64,000 nt of DNA from NCBI RefSeq assembly GCF_009914755.1, contig NC_060925.1. One strand, 5' to 3'. Source of the stretch: the human T2T-CHM13v2.0 reference genome, Homo sapiens. The notes below the pieces were generated by a model. The model made no database searches, was not told where the DNA came from, and saw only the letters and a list, made by a program, of their open reading frames with translations. The first letter of the stretch is position 1. Every line of letters starts with the position of its first letter. Below, one piece after another: positions 1-17,249 of this stretch. The position numbers and the translations under genes were made by a program.

Positions 1-45
1 CCCAAAGTGCTGGATTGCCTGTGTGAGCCACCACACCCAGCCTGG

Positions 46-351
46 GGCCATTATTAAGTAAAATAAGTGTTATTTGAGCACAAGCCCTGATATACTGTCA
101 CAGTATCTCAGCATAATCTGGTAACCGAGACCAATATGTGGGGAGTGTATACAGCAGGGATACACTGGACAAATGGATGATTCACATCCCAGTCAGGATG
201 GAACAGGACAGCACAAGGTTTCAACATGCTACTCAGAATGGCACACAGTTTAAACTTATCAATTGTTTATTTCGGGAATATTCCATTTAATATTTTCAAA
301 CAGCAATTGACCATGGATAACTGAAACTGAGGATAAGATGGGATTTCTGTA
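46..351 (-). mobile_element. MER44/Tigger7-type TcMar DNA transposon fragment
   Basis: GGATACACTGGACAAATGGATGATTCACATCCC...CTACTCAGAATGGCACACAGTTTAAACTTAT...AACTGAAAC..GGATAAG terminal sequence ending in TA. Confidence 0.7.
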
Positions 352-505
352 GGTTCATCAGTTGTAACAAATGCCCCACTCTGATGTGACATGGTGATAA
401 TGGGAGAGGCTATGCATGTGTGCAGGCAGCGGGTATATGGGAAATCTCTGTATCTTCCTCTCAGTTTTGCTGTAAACCTAAAACTGCTCTAAAAAATAAA
501 GTCGT
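352..505 (+). mobile_element. Old L1M (L1MB/MC-type) 3' end
   Basis: GGTTCATCAGTTGTAACAAATG...GGGAAATCTCTGTA...AAACCTAAAACTGCTCTAAAAAATAAAG. Confidence 0.7.
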
Positions 506-513
506 TTTTTTAA

Positions 514-840
<327 letters not shown>

Positions 841-978
841 GCCTTTCCATCTTTCAGTCTGTAAAATCCCAGATCTGAGTATAACATGTGAAGAAAATAA
901 GTAGTTAGGTAAAAATGTGGAGGGCAACATAAAGGAAGGGAGGTTTTATTTCGCTTTGGCATTCCCCAGAGTGAATAA

Positions 979-1301
<323 letters not shown>

Positions 1302-1674
1302 TTAAAATCTTGATAGTGTTTTATCACACTGTTAGTCCCAATTCATTAGTGGGCCATGAAATCAATTTTGTGGGTCTGACTAGCATTCTTTTTTTTACTA
1401 GAATAGAAAACAATGTGGTATTACACGATGTGAATTTTGTCCTGTGAAACTTGTGTTTCATGTATGTATATACGTAGTTACATGTATTTTATATATACTG
1501 GGTCATGATATAAAATGTATTTCTCATCATGAGTCATGGTCAAAGTTCGAAATATCACAGAAGCTTCATGTGTTGGGGAGGAGGAAGAAGGGGTCACTCC
1601 TAGATGCAAGAATGAGAGAATAAGCTGAGTTTTATGAATCAAAGTTCAATATTAAAACTTCTCCAAAATGGTAG

Positions 1675-2015
<341 letters not shown>

Positions 2016-4205
2016 ATGTTTTAACTATTTGAGAGGAGAGCAGGAAACATTATGATCAGATGCATTCACTTTTAATTCAGAAAATCGATGCTAATTTAAA
2101 ACAAACTTTTTTTTAACCTCTTTATATAAGGCAGAAAACGTTTTGTTCAGAAATAAAAGAAATATGGTTATGTTGAGTTCATTTTCAAAGTGCTGTGATT
2201 GCCACTAAGATCTAGCAATCCAAGATTCTCTGGGGTTCTCCTTAAGCCTGTCCTCTCCCTGGAAGAGTTGATCCTTCCTTCCTTTGTAAAATAACATGTG
2301 AATACCTAGGGCAAGGATAAGCCTCTTGGAAAAACAAAACAAGACAAAGATGTTCCTACCTTAATAGGTGGTAAATTCATGCTTCCCAACTGCAGGTTTC
2401 TTCATTCTAGGCTGAAAATTATAAGCAGTACCTTATAAATATTACTTGAAATAGGAGCCCTTAGATCAGGAAAGTCATTTTCTTAGGATATTAATTTACA
2501 TCCTTTGAATGTTATTTATTTACAGGGCTTTAAAAGCAATTAAGACATTTAGGGAACACATTAAACCACAGATGAATGTGAATTTTTCTGTTGGACTATC
2601 TATCATTCAAAGGCTTACCCCTACCCTTTTCCACCCAGGGAGATAAATGTTTCAGAACCAAAGAGGCATATTTCCTTTCTGTCTGGTTTCTTAGAATTCA
2701 TTTAAACATGCTTATTGAAATCTCCTGTCATGCAATATTTTAGCAAGATTCCCTAAATATATACTGCTTGCAGACTGTAAATATTGCATGACAAGATTGT
2801 TACCATGTTTTCTTCCTTAGGCAAACAATACCACAGTCAAAATCCTCTATATAAACAATTCCAGTCAGTATGTACATTAATTTACATAACAAAAAGTAGG
2901 TATAGCTGTTTTCCTCTAAGGCTTTTAAATAAGTAGAAGTGAATATTCAAAAACTGTAAATGCCTTGGGACAAGAGGACTGCCTACCTCCAAACTAAATT
3001 TCACTTTCTCTAAACAACACCCAAATCAGATCACAAAGAAAACATTTTCCTCTTTAAGGCACTGTCTTCAAAAAAACTTGAATTCCTAAGAAGTCCCAAT
3101 GGGTTATAGACTGATAAGATCACCAGAAACAGAAGACTCCATAAGCATTTTTGAGACCAATTTCCTATTTCTAAAAAGGAAAGATACTTGTCAAAACTAA
3201 ATATGACTCCTATTAAACAACTGCATAATCAGGACACTAGTAAACAAAGATTCATCCCCTTAGGTCTCTTGGCCATGGCATGGTGTAAAGTATTCTAGGA
3301 AAAAAGAGAAATGTCAGAGGTGGTTGCCACCCTTTTAACAGTTCATTATAGGTGGGGGTGGGTGAGAGGATCTGGGACTGAAATTTTACTCATCTAGCTA
3401 CCTAAACTGTGGCAAAATAATCGGGTCTGTACGGAGGCAAACAACCAGTTAGAGAAATTAGAATCTTGATCCTGTTTTAAACTTTTGGGTTTCCATTTCC
3501 TTCATTTTAAAGGAAAATAACCATTTAAAATTTGATTTTTTTAAAGCTACAATGTTGACTCCCACAAGAATTACAGCTTTGACCCTAGTTTTCTGTTTAT
3601 ATCCACCAGTTAGGTATATGAACTTAACCAGTTTAACACGGACAGCTAGCAAATTGTCCTTCTTGTGGAAGAGTTCCTTTCACTCCTGCATAGTGGTTAA
3701 AGCACAGACTTTGGAATCATATAGGCTTGAGCTAGATGCCTAGTGGCCACTTTTTAGGTGCATAATTATGACCAAGTTGCTTAATCTCTCAACTAAATAC
3801 TGAGAATATTATCTGTACCTATTAGACAGGGTCTTTATGAGAACTGAATAAGGCAATGCATACAAACAAATGGTAGCTCCGAGACTGAGAATAAGGAGGA
3901 GAAGGAGGAAGGGGAAGGGAATATTGAATGAGGAAAACTGAAAGGGAAGAAGACAGGAGAGAGGAGTAGGGACACAGGGAAGAGGTGGGGATAGTGGAAA
4001 GGGGTGAGGGGGGAAAGGAAAGAGAAAAGAAATACCACAATTATAGTCCCCTCTTTGTGAAGGACACCCACTGTACTTGGCAAACACTTAATCACATAAC
4101 CTTGCTTGTACCTCATTATCCACTTTCTCCATCTTCACCTGAGCAGTTGGCTCACATTCCCCCCAAAAAACAACCATACAGCCATACTGACTAGGTTTCA
4201 CTTGA

Positions 4206-4412
<207 letters not shown>

Positions 4413-5570
4413 TAATTCAGTCGCACAATTATATAATGAAGAACCTAAGTGCTTTCCATCTTTTTCTTCTGCCAGACTCAAAACCATGAAATGACAACTA
4501 TGTTATGCAGGCATACCAATGTCTAGTAGAAGAGAGATGCTTTCTTCCCTGGAGATCCTTTTGTCAGAAAAGAAAACCTTTCACAGTAACCCCTAAACAA
4601 TCTTCCCCTTCTGTCTCACTGGCCAGATGGCATCACTTGACCAAGTCTTAATCCTTGGCAAGGTGAATGAAACTATTATGTTTGGATTAAATCAGCAAAT
4701 TTCAACCTCTGGAACTGGAATGGGGCTCATTTCCAACAATATACATGGCCATGAGGAAGACAGGAGATATCTGGAGAATTATATTAGCAGAAGAGAATTA
4801 CAGTGGCAGAAACACTTACCAGCTTGGACTGAAAGTGACATAGACAGTACAAAATGAAAAGAGACCTCTGGATCCCCCACCTTGAAACTTCTACCAGCAG
4901 AAAGCAGATTAAAAAAAAGCTACTTGGTTGCAAAAACATGTTATCTTTCGTGAAAAAAGAAAGATGACTCAGAGGGTGGAAATAAGAGCCAAGAAGGTAG
5001 AACATTATTCTCAGGCTTTGAGACCTAATCATGGAAAAGCCAATCAGTGCTTAACTGAATTTCAGAATTGCTAAGGACCAGTTACTCTTGTGTTACTTCC
5101 CTATTCCCCTTTTCTGAATAGGAGTGTCTGTGTAGCAGTTAACTTATGCCTGTCCTACCATTTTATGTTGAGTATGCATGGAGGAAGCTAACTTGTTTCT
5201 TTAGTTCAAAGGTCTTCAGATCAAGAGAAACAGTACTCAGGGAGCTGTGCTTATGAAACTAAACCTGAGAAGTCTCATTTACAGCTGAACCTGATTTATA
5301 CAATGAAATTCTAAACTTTGAAGTGATGCTGCAATTAAATGGGACTTTTGAGAATCTTGGGGGAAAGTGAGTACATTTTGCATGTGAGAGCAATGTTAAT
5401 ATAGGGTAGATTGTGGAAGCTAGCCTCCAAGATGGCCCCCAGTGATCCTTCTGGTATCCTTATCTTCTGGTATTCACATCCTTATATAGTGCACTCCCAC
5501 ATTGCATCAGGGTTGGCTTGTGTGACCAACAGATGCTACAGAAGTGATAGTACATGATGAAACTAGGTCA

Positions 5571-6310
<740 letters not shown>

Positions 6311-6601
6311 TAAGTGAGCCCCAGTCAAGGCTTCAGATGACCACAGCCCCAATCAACAGCTTGCCTGTAACGTCATGAAAGATGCTGAGCAAGAACTGCC
6401 AAGATATGCCCCTTCTGAATTCCCGATCCACAGAAACTATGGGAAAATAAGTGTTTGTTATTTTAAGCTGCTATATTTTGGGGAATGTAGTAATAGATCA
6501 TAATTATAAGTAGTTACTAAAAATTCTGTATTCATTTTTTCCCCCAAAAACTGTCCGTTCTGAGAAGGCTCTCAAAATGAGTTATCAAAAAATTACTATG
6601 A

Positions 6602-6897
<296 letters not shown>

Positions 6898-7183
6898 CTA
6901 TGGCCCCTTTAAAAGAAAAACACAAAATCATTGACACATCTTCATCTCATAAAAAAGCGAAATATCAAATTCTGCAATAATGACTAGATAATAAAGATCT
7001 CTTGTCGTTCTTTGTATATCATCTTCCATAATTCAAATAATTAATACTGCAATTATAAAAACAAACAATATTCCCCCATTGAAAGGTTTAATTCAGTTGT
7101 AGGTGCCAGTGAGAAAGCTACTGGAGATGAGAAAGGGAAGGAAGGGGCATGTGAAAAGCAAGATGATATTACAAGGCAGTACA

Positions 7184-7372
7184 AAGTCGTGGTGAAGAGC
7201 ATAGGCTCTGAAGGCAAGCTGCATTGGTCCAGATCCTGTCTGATGACCTTCCTCATTTGTAAAATGAGAATAATTAGCACTCCTCCTTCGTAAGATTGTC
7301 GTAAGTAGTAAATAAATACATGTAAGTTGCATAGGAGATCATCTGGCACATAACAAGTGCATCATAAATCAC
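7184..7372 (+). mobile_element. MIR SINE
   Basis: GTGGTGAAGAGCATAGGCTCTG...TTCCTCATTTGTAAAATGAG core. Confidence 0.65.
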
Positions 7373-7657
7373 TTTCATCATCTTCATCATCCTCGTGGTG
7401 TGGATAGGGTGGGGATATGTAGATGTATTTGGGGTCACAAAGAAGATTCAGTCACAGTCTTATTTGGCAGATCTTGCTGATTTAATTTCCCTTCAGAAAA
7501 CATCAAGAGAGTGAAAAGAGAAGCCCTGACCTAGCTGGGAGGCAGTTAAAACTATAGTAAGTGGTACCTACATTTGTTTCAAGCACTTCCCTAGCCATTA
7601 GTATATCCCGATGGGCAGCTTCACAGTTGGGCTCTAAGTGTTGAAAGTTACATCAAC

Positions 7658-7991
<334 letters not shown>

Positions 7992-8494
7992 TTATCCAAA
8001 CTGGGACACTTCTGAGAATTAAAAAGGCCATAGAAAAGATTATATTTGAAAAGCAGGCTTAAACTGGAATTGTTCCAGGCCAGTCGGGATAAATGATTGG
8101 TCACTGTGACTGTGGGATAAGTTCATAGAAAAGCAATACACATAGTTTGTAATGAAATTGAACAATAATATTTTACATCTATGCACAGAATGAGGAAATG
8201 GTATCTACTCCCAATAACTACCTCACCAGAAGCAATCCACTTATATTTAAATAATTCCTATCATAATAATTATTAAATAGGCAATTTACTTTACTTAAAT
8301 AATTCCTATCAGAGGTGGCCAAACCCTTATCATAATATCTATATAAACATCACGTATAGCTGGGCAAGGTGGTGTGTGTCTGTAGTCCCAGCTACTTAGG
8401 AGGCTGAAGCAGGATTGCTTGTGCCCAGGAGTTTGAGTCCAGCCTAGACAACAGAATGAGACCCTGTCTCTGGAAAAACAAATTCATATAATAA

Positions 8495-8922
<428 letters not shown>

Positions 8923-9210
8923 ATCTTCTTCTTCTTTCTACCATCTCTGATATTTCCTTATCCTTTTCCTTTATTCCACACCCTCTAATTTGCTGAGCTA
9001 ACACACTCTCATTGCAAGACATATCACACTTGAACACTGATGACTCCCATATGTTTATTTGTAGTCCTGACCTCTCTTTTAAGGTCTGTATCTGAACTGT
9101 CCAATGTGATAACAATTAGTTACATGTGATTATGAAAAAATTGACATGTGGATAGCTCAAATTGAGATACACACCATATTTCAAAGACTTAGTATGAAAA
9201 AAAAAAATAG

Positions 9211-9651
<441 letters not shown>

Positions 9652-9689
9652 TTAGAAAAAATCAACTTTATGTGTTTCTGTTTAGTTTT

Positions 9690-10275
9690 TTAAAAAAACA
9701 TTTGTGGGTACATAGTAGTTGTATATATTTATGGGGTATATGAGATACTTTGATACAGGCATGCGATACACAACAATCACATCATGGTAAATGGGGTATC
9801 CTTCCCGTCAAGCATTTATCCTTTGTGTTACAAACAATCCAATTGTACTCTTTTAGTTTTGTTTTTTTGTTTTGTTTTGTTTTGAGACAGAGTCTGGCTC
9901 TGTCACCTAGGCTGGCATGCAGTGGCATGATCTTGGTTCACTGCAACCTCCACCTCCGGGGTCCCGGTGATTCTCCCGCCTCAGCCTCCTGAGTAGCTGG
10001 GGCTACAGACACGCACCACCACACCTGACTAATTTTTGTATTTTTAGTAGAGAAGGGGTTTCACCATGTTGGCCAGGCTGGTCTCAAACTCCTGACCTCA
10101 GATGATCTGCCCACCTTGGCTTCCCAAAGTGCTGGGATTACAGGCGTGAGCCACCGCACCCAGCCTCTTTTAGTTATTTCTAAATGTACAATTAAGTTAT
10201 TATTGACTATGGTCACCCTGTTGTGCTGTCAAATACTGTCTTACTCATTCTTTCTAAATATATTTTGTACCCATC
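9690..10275 (-). mobile_element. L1MA-type 3' end, split by an Alu at 9858-10165 (-)
   Basis: TTTGTGGGTACATAGTAG..GTATATATTTATGGGGTA...TCACCCTGTTGTGCT; Alu TSD CTCTTTTAGTT. Confidence 0.8.
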
Positions 10276-11044
10276 TGTTTACTTTTTAAAATGTGGGTAT
10301 TAGAAATTTAAAAGTACATACATGGCTCCTTACCTCCTACTAATTATCTCTACTTAGAAATTCCACTAGCACCTCAAATTCAGTATGTGTAAAACTAAAC
10401 TCATCTTCCCCCTTTCAGCCCATTGTCCACACTGATGATACAGTGATATTGCTAAAACACATATCCAGTTACATCACTTCCCTGCTCAAAATTCTGTAAT
10501 AGTCACTTTCAGGAAAAAAAAAAAGAAAAAAGAAAAAATCTAAGCCTCTCAGTCTCTACCTTCAAGGGCTTACAACATCTGCCTCTCTTACTCTTCACAA
10601 GTAAACTGAAAATTCCTAGAAGGCTGGGACTATGTCTCTTAATAAAATTAAAATAAAAATAAATAAAAAATAAAAAAACAGGGAAAAGCATTACAATCAA
10701 TTAAGAAAATTTTTTGAGTGATCCTTAACTATGTGCCAACTCTATTCTAAGTGATTTGGATGTCCTTAATCCTTACAAAAACCCCATAAGGAAGATGCCA
10801 TTATCTCCATTTTACAAGTAAGGATATGAGGCACAGAGAGTTTAAGGAACTTACCCAAGGTCATATAACTGGTAAAGGACGGAGGCCACAGTGTGTCCTG
10901 GAAATGCATTATAGTCCCATAGGTCAGGGGCATGGAGTGCAAAGGAAACTAGAAGGTATATTGGAGCCAGATTATGGCACACCTGAAGTATCTTACTAAA
11001 GGGTTTGGGTTTTCTTCTACAAGCAATGAGGTAGCATTAAACAG

Positions 11045-11397
<353 letters not shown>

Positions 11398-12025
11398 TAA
11401 GGAAATAATTTGAGTAGTCATGTCTATGACTGAGGAACAAGGGACTAGAGAGTGTTTCTCCATCTGTAGTCTCCTCAATTGATGATAACACCATTTCTTC
11501 TAGACATGCAAATTTCATATCTGGGAGTTACTGTGAAATCTTTCTCCCTTAGCAATCAGACACTTAGTTCCATCCATTTTACTTCTTCAGTCCTCTCAAA
11601 GTCATCATCATCTCCTCTTCTCCAGTCTCACTGCCAATAATTTAAATCATACCTTCTTCATCTCTTACTAAGATAACGAAATAGCCTCCTTGCTATCTCC
11701 AGTCTTTTACTCCCTCAGTTTATCCTTCACATTCCCGCAAAGAATAGTTCCAAAATTTTATTTCAATCATGCCAATCAGTTAAAGACTTTACTGGCTTCT
11801 TAATAACTTTGGGCTCTTCAGCCCAGTATTCAAGAGTCTTTATTATTTTACTCTGGCCATTCCCTTATCTCATTTCAGTTAAACCAAACTATATGCTGCT
11901 CCTCGTGTCTTGCATAAATCTGTGTCTTTACTCGTGCTGTGTTCTCTTTCTTTTCCCAGAACTCTGTTCCTCTTTTTCTTTACCTAACTGCTGCTTATCA
12001 TTCACAACAGCTCAAATATTATTTC

Positions 12026-12306
<281 letters not shown>

Positions 12307-12499
12307 AGTTCAAGTATTATTTCTTAGGGAAACCTTCCTACCCACCTATTCTCTTTCCCAGGCAGAGTTAGTTATGTTTCTTTTGCGCTCCTGTAACATT
12401 CTATCATATATTTATAACTCATCACACTACATTTTAGCTATGGACTTCCCTGAATAAGTCCCCCATTAGAGTGAGAATGTGTCTTACTGATCGGGTTAT

Positions 12500-12620
12500 T
12501 CAAGCAATATTTATTGAGCCACACCTCCACCCCTACACCACTAGTACTTGGCTGGAGGCTAGGGATACAACAGTGAACAGATAAAAATTCCTGCCCTTCT
12601 GGAATTAACATTCTAAAGGT
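12500..12620 (-). mobile_element. L2 3' end
   Basis: ATATTTATTGAGC...GCTAGGGATACAACAGTGAACAG...CCTGCCCTTCTGGAATTAACATTCTA. Confidence 0.65.
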
Positions 12621-13471
12621 GGAATCTATCTTCTTACTCACCTTTGTGGTTCCAGTGTCTGGCCCTTGATGAATACGATAAGGTTAGAAAAACAGCTGGG
12701 TCTAACAACTAGCCTTTTGAATATTTTCTTTTCAAAGGATCTTTTCCTTTATCTACGTTCCCTTTTAAATTTCTTCCATGTGTTTGTTAGTCAAATACTT
12801 CCATGTAGTCTAAATGTACTATACCTAGACAAAATGTCTAAGCAAATTTCAATTTTTACATTTCCCTTCTCTCTTCTTCCATCCCTTTCTGTTTCCTTAT
12901 CATACATCTATTGTCCATTTCCCTTGAGACCAAGTACTTTCTGGCTGTCCAGAAGTACCATTAGGCATCCAACTTAGCACTTTCTTTTCCCAAAGTATCC
13001 CGGGTTCTAACTTACTTCTCCCCAATCTCCCCTGAAAACCCCTAAAGTCAGAGGTAGCTGGTCAGTAGCATCTTCCGTATTGAAGGCTTCACACTTTCTC
13101 TATCCCTACCCAGTGAGAAAGGCCCTCCTCTGCGCTGTTTCCCCTTGCCATGGCACCTATCAACCTGCATGACAAACACTGATTCTCTTGCCTGGTTCTT
13201 CCTTAAGGAACCTTGGGTTTAATTCTTCTTTTCATTCCTGGTACTTTCCAGGTCTACAACAGTTCAATAAATTACTAATAAGGAATAAATGAGTAAATAA
13301 ATATATATTGTATACTTATATATCCTCTCCCCCTGAATTCAGCTGTGGGTATGACTTAAATCCAAGAAATTTTGGATTAAAATGAGAGTTACCAAAAAAG
13401 GCAGCTTTGACCCAAGGAAAACTTGTTTCTTTAAAAATGTTAGAAGAATTTAAATTTTTAAAATGTGTTTT

Positions 13472-13777
13472 GGCCTGGCAGGATGGTTCACACCTTTAAT
13501 CCCAGCACTTTGAGAGGCTGAGGTGGGAGGATCGTTTGAGGCCAAGAGCTTGAGACTAGCCTGGGCAACAGAGCGAGATCCCATCTCTACAAAAAATAAA
13601 AATAAAAAATTACCTGGGTGTGGTGGTGTGCATCTGTACTCCCAGCTACTCGAGAGGCTAAGGCAGGAGGATCACTTGAGCCCAGGAGGTCGAGGGCTGC
13701 AGCCATCTACAATTGCACCACTGTACTCCAGCCTGAGACACAGAGTGAGACCCTGTCTCAAAGAAAAACAAAAAAAT
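13472..13777 (+). mobile_element. AluJ (last Alu before the Alu-free FOXD3 block)
   Basis: J-type Alu; TSD AAAATGTGTTT. Confidence 0.92.
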
Positions 13778-14399
13778 GTGTTTCGATATCCGCGATCCAT
13801 GTCACATCTGTTAGTGTACCTTTAGTACATGACTTCTGCATTGTTTGCTAACTGACATTCTGTGTGAATAAAGCGTGTATCACAATGGTGTTTCCGTATG
13901 TTATCCAAGTGGGTCCTTTCCCCAGGATGTGAGTGAGCCTTTGGCATGGTCTTTTTAAGATTTTGCCAAGGGAAGACTGGGCTGGAACTAAGGAGCTAAC
14001 ATACCATTGAAATCAAATATCCCGTTGGGTGCACTGGAGGGTAGAGAAGAGGGGATTCCTGCACTCACGCTAAATGATAAACTTTTCCAAGGGCAGGGTC
14101 GTGAGAGGTCTTCCAGGTCACCTAGTGTTCTGAGTCATGCAGAAGTAGGAAATGGACACAATACTCCCCGCAGAGAATCCTTCCCACAGGACTGATCCTG
14201 TCCCTTCCTCCCCTCCCCCGCCCCACACAAGGCGGAATCCCCACGCAGTGCACTGCAGGCGCGGTGGCCACTGCCCCTAGAACCAGATCTCTCCCCCAGT
14301 CCCGTCCTCTCCAAGCTCCAGATATGTCAAGGATTCTTAAGCAGGGGTTTTCCAATCTGTCCCTTGAGGAACTACCCCTGAGGCAAGGCGGGCAGGCCC

Positions 14400-15600
14400 A
14401 AGCTGCGATGTGGAGAATTCGATGTCCGAGCGACCTCCTCGGAGGAGTGGGTCGAGTTAAATATAACCGCGCGAATGGAATGGCGCTAAAAATAAGGCAG
14501 CAGCTGGCCTGTCCACAGCCCTGTCCCGGGAGGGGCGGGGGCCCCAGTGGTCTTGGGCAGGAAGGCCGCGTCCGGCCCAGGGGCGAGAAGGCTGCGGCGT
14601 CCGCAGCCAGGGCTGGAAGGCCTGGGAGGCCGCGCTCTGTGGGCCCCGGGGCCTCCATTCGGGCTGGGTCGCGGGCCTGGACGGGGACTGTCCAGAGGCA
14701 TCCGAAAGCCAGGCCAACTTGCCTGGACGTAACAAGACGGAAGGGCTGGGCGCTGAGGTCCTGCCAGCCCGGCCGCCAGAGGGAGCTGAGCGCCAGAGGA
14801 GGACAAGCCGAACCCTTCAGGAGGCCGGGCGTCTCCGGAGACCGAAGCGCCGGAGGACCCGAGGAGGTCTGCCCCGCGCGCTGCTCTGGAGACTCCCGGG
14901 GCGGGTGGCGCTCGGCCTTTCCGCTCCCTTCCTTCCCACAAGTCCCTTCCCGCGCGCGCCCCACGGCCCTGCCCGCCCTCCCGCGTCAGCGCCCCAACCG
15001 TCAAGCCAGCAATTGAAACGTTTCCAAAACGGTCTATTTATTTGCTCCCAATAAATCGATCGGCGGTGATTAAAGAATCGATGTGGCCTGGGTGGGCGAG
15101 TCGCTTGAGGGGAGGGATTGGGGGCTTTCGCCCGGCGCCTGCAGGGAGGCCGAGGGCGGGCGCGGGCCTGAGGGAGGCGTGTCCCGCCCGGGCCACACCC
15201 GAGGACCCGACACCTGGGCTGGCAGGCCCCGGCAGGCAGCGTTCCCTCCGGCGGAGAGGGGCGCGCGCCCGCCGCCTGCTTTCCTCGGCCCCTCTCGCCT
15301 TTCTCGCGCGCCGGGGAGGCTGTGGCCGCCAGTGGCTGCGGAGCTGCTCAGAGGCTTTTGTTGCTCCTCGGCCGGCTGAATGGGGATTTTGTAAAGCGGG
15401 ACAGATAAAAATGAGCAGCATCATATTGTTTGACAGAATGATCTCGCATGATGAAGTGTCGGCTCTGAAGGGGGTGAAAATGGTGAATTCCTAAAAACCC
15501 AGCCCTGGGCTCCTCCTCGAGCTGCCGGTAGCCTGGAGGGACCCAGCGGACAGCCGGGCCTGGCCGCATCGCTCCAAACGGTGTCAGAAAGACTCCGGCT
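14400..15600. promoter_or_regulatory. CpG island (LINC00466 promoter region)
   Basis: Very high GC and CpG density with GC boxes. Confidence 0.85.
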
Positions 15601-17249
15601 TTCAATGCCAAGTCATTTTTAAGCCCCGATCCTGTCCAGGACCTTTCTCCTCGTGGATGAAAAGAACAATTTTCGAGAGAAAGGCTCGTTTTTATTAAAT
15701 CCGACATGCTGCTGATAACTCCATGCTAATGTGAAATAATTAACATAATAGCCATAATTAAAAGCACGCTAACAATGCCATAAATTTATCACACAATTTT
15801 ACTAGCTTTCTGCCCCTAACTGCTCTCTCATCGTTAATTAAACGTGTTGCCTTTTACAGAATGGATGTTTATATATTTCCAATATAAATAAATTCGAAAC
15901 CATCCTCTCTCTCTTCCTCTTTCTCTCCTCCTTTCCTTTTGGTCTCTCGCCATTTACAGGCACGCCTTGGCGTGGACCCTGAGTGGCAGACATCTTGAAA
16001 ATAAATGAAGTTTTGAGATGCAAATCCAAACAAGAACATTAAAATAGCCTCTTTTTTTCCACCCCGAAAAGATCCGGAGAGGTATACAAGGGGGTAGTGG
16101 TGGGTAAGAGAGTTGAAAATCCCCCGCTTTGGGAAATGGAAGTAATCTGGGTGGGTTGGGGCCTTGGGTACCACCTCTGCCCTTTCCCACCTTCCTTGGT
16201 GGCGGCCATCCAGACAAAGAGGCCGGTAATAGTTTAACAAATCTATGAAGATTGTCAAGAAGCAGCAGACTTTGATTGTTGCGGGCGCGGGGGTGTTGGG
16301 GAGAAAGGAGGGGAATTTTTCTAATAGTCCCACCCACGTTTTGCTCCCTCTTGGACAAAGAGTAACTACTCTTGGTGGGGGACGCGCCCTTCACTCCGCG
16401 GAACCTGGTCCCAACTCCCCGTATTGTAAGAAAAGTGCACCCGCGCGCGGGCATGATGATTCTATCTCACATCGCGCCAACGACTTATTCAAGCCACTGG
16501 CACTGTCTCTGACTTAAAAGAGGAGAAAAGAGGCATATGGGTTCACTTGGGCCTGGTGAGGGGTAGGTGGGCAATTCCCGCCTTCCGCACTCTAACCGTG
16601 CCCCTCCTCCAGTGTTGACCACCTAAGAACCCAAAATGAGCTGTAATTAATTTCCCTTTCTCCATCATAAATTTTTCTATCCATTTCTTCCCCCCCATCC
16701 CCCCACTGGACGCACACACTAAATCTCCCCTCCCCTGGAGACGTCTCAATTTCCTTCCTATCGATCCGGACTCCATTCTTCTTGCCTCCTGTTGCTAGAA
16801 CCTAGATCCCCACTCCCCGCACCCCTCATTCCCACCGCGTCCAGGTGGCTTTCCCAGCGGGGTACCATGTACTCTGCCCGCTCCAGAGGAACCGAAGGGG
16901 TTTCATTCCATTCTCCTTTGGTTGAAACATTTCAAACATTTGAGCAGGTGAGGCAGCTGGCTGCCATCTTCCTTTTTAAATCTCTCCTGGGAAGTTCGCT
17001 TGTTGAGACTCAAAGAGTCACTCAAACTCATAATTGCGTGTGTGTGTCTACTCATTCTCCCTCTATCTCTCCAATAACCCTTTGAGACTCAGAAACTTTT
17101 TATCCACATACACCCTTTATCACATTTTCTTCCCCCCACTACATGTGTCTCACTTTCTCTCTGTATCTGTCTCGCTTCTTCCGTCTCTGTCCTACAGCTT
17201 GGCGGTAACTGACGACCTGTGAGCTTTTAGCTGCAAACTGCAACTACGC

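Noticed and set aside
14122-15494. Long overlapping ORFs (280, 250, 172, 150 aa) in the upstream CpG island
   Set aside because: Low-complexity Pro/Arg/Gly/Ala products on both strands, mostly non-ATG starts and no domain similarity; expected from stop-codon scarcity in GC-rich DNA
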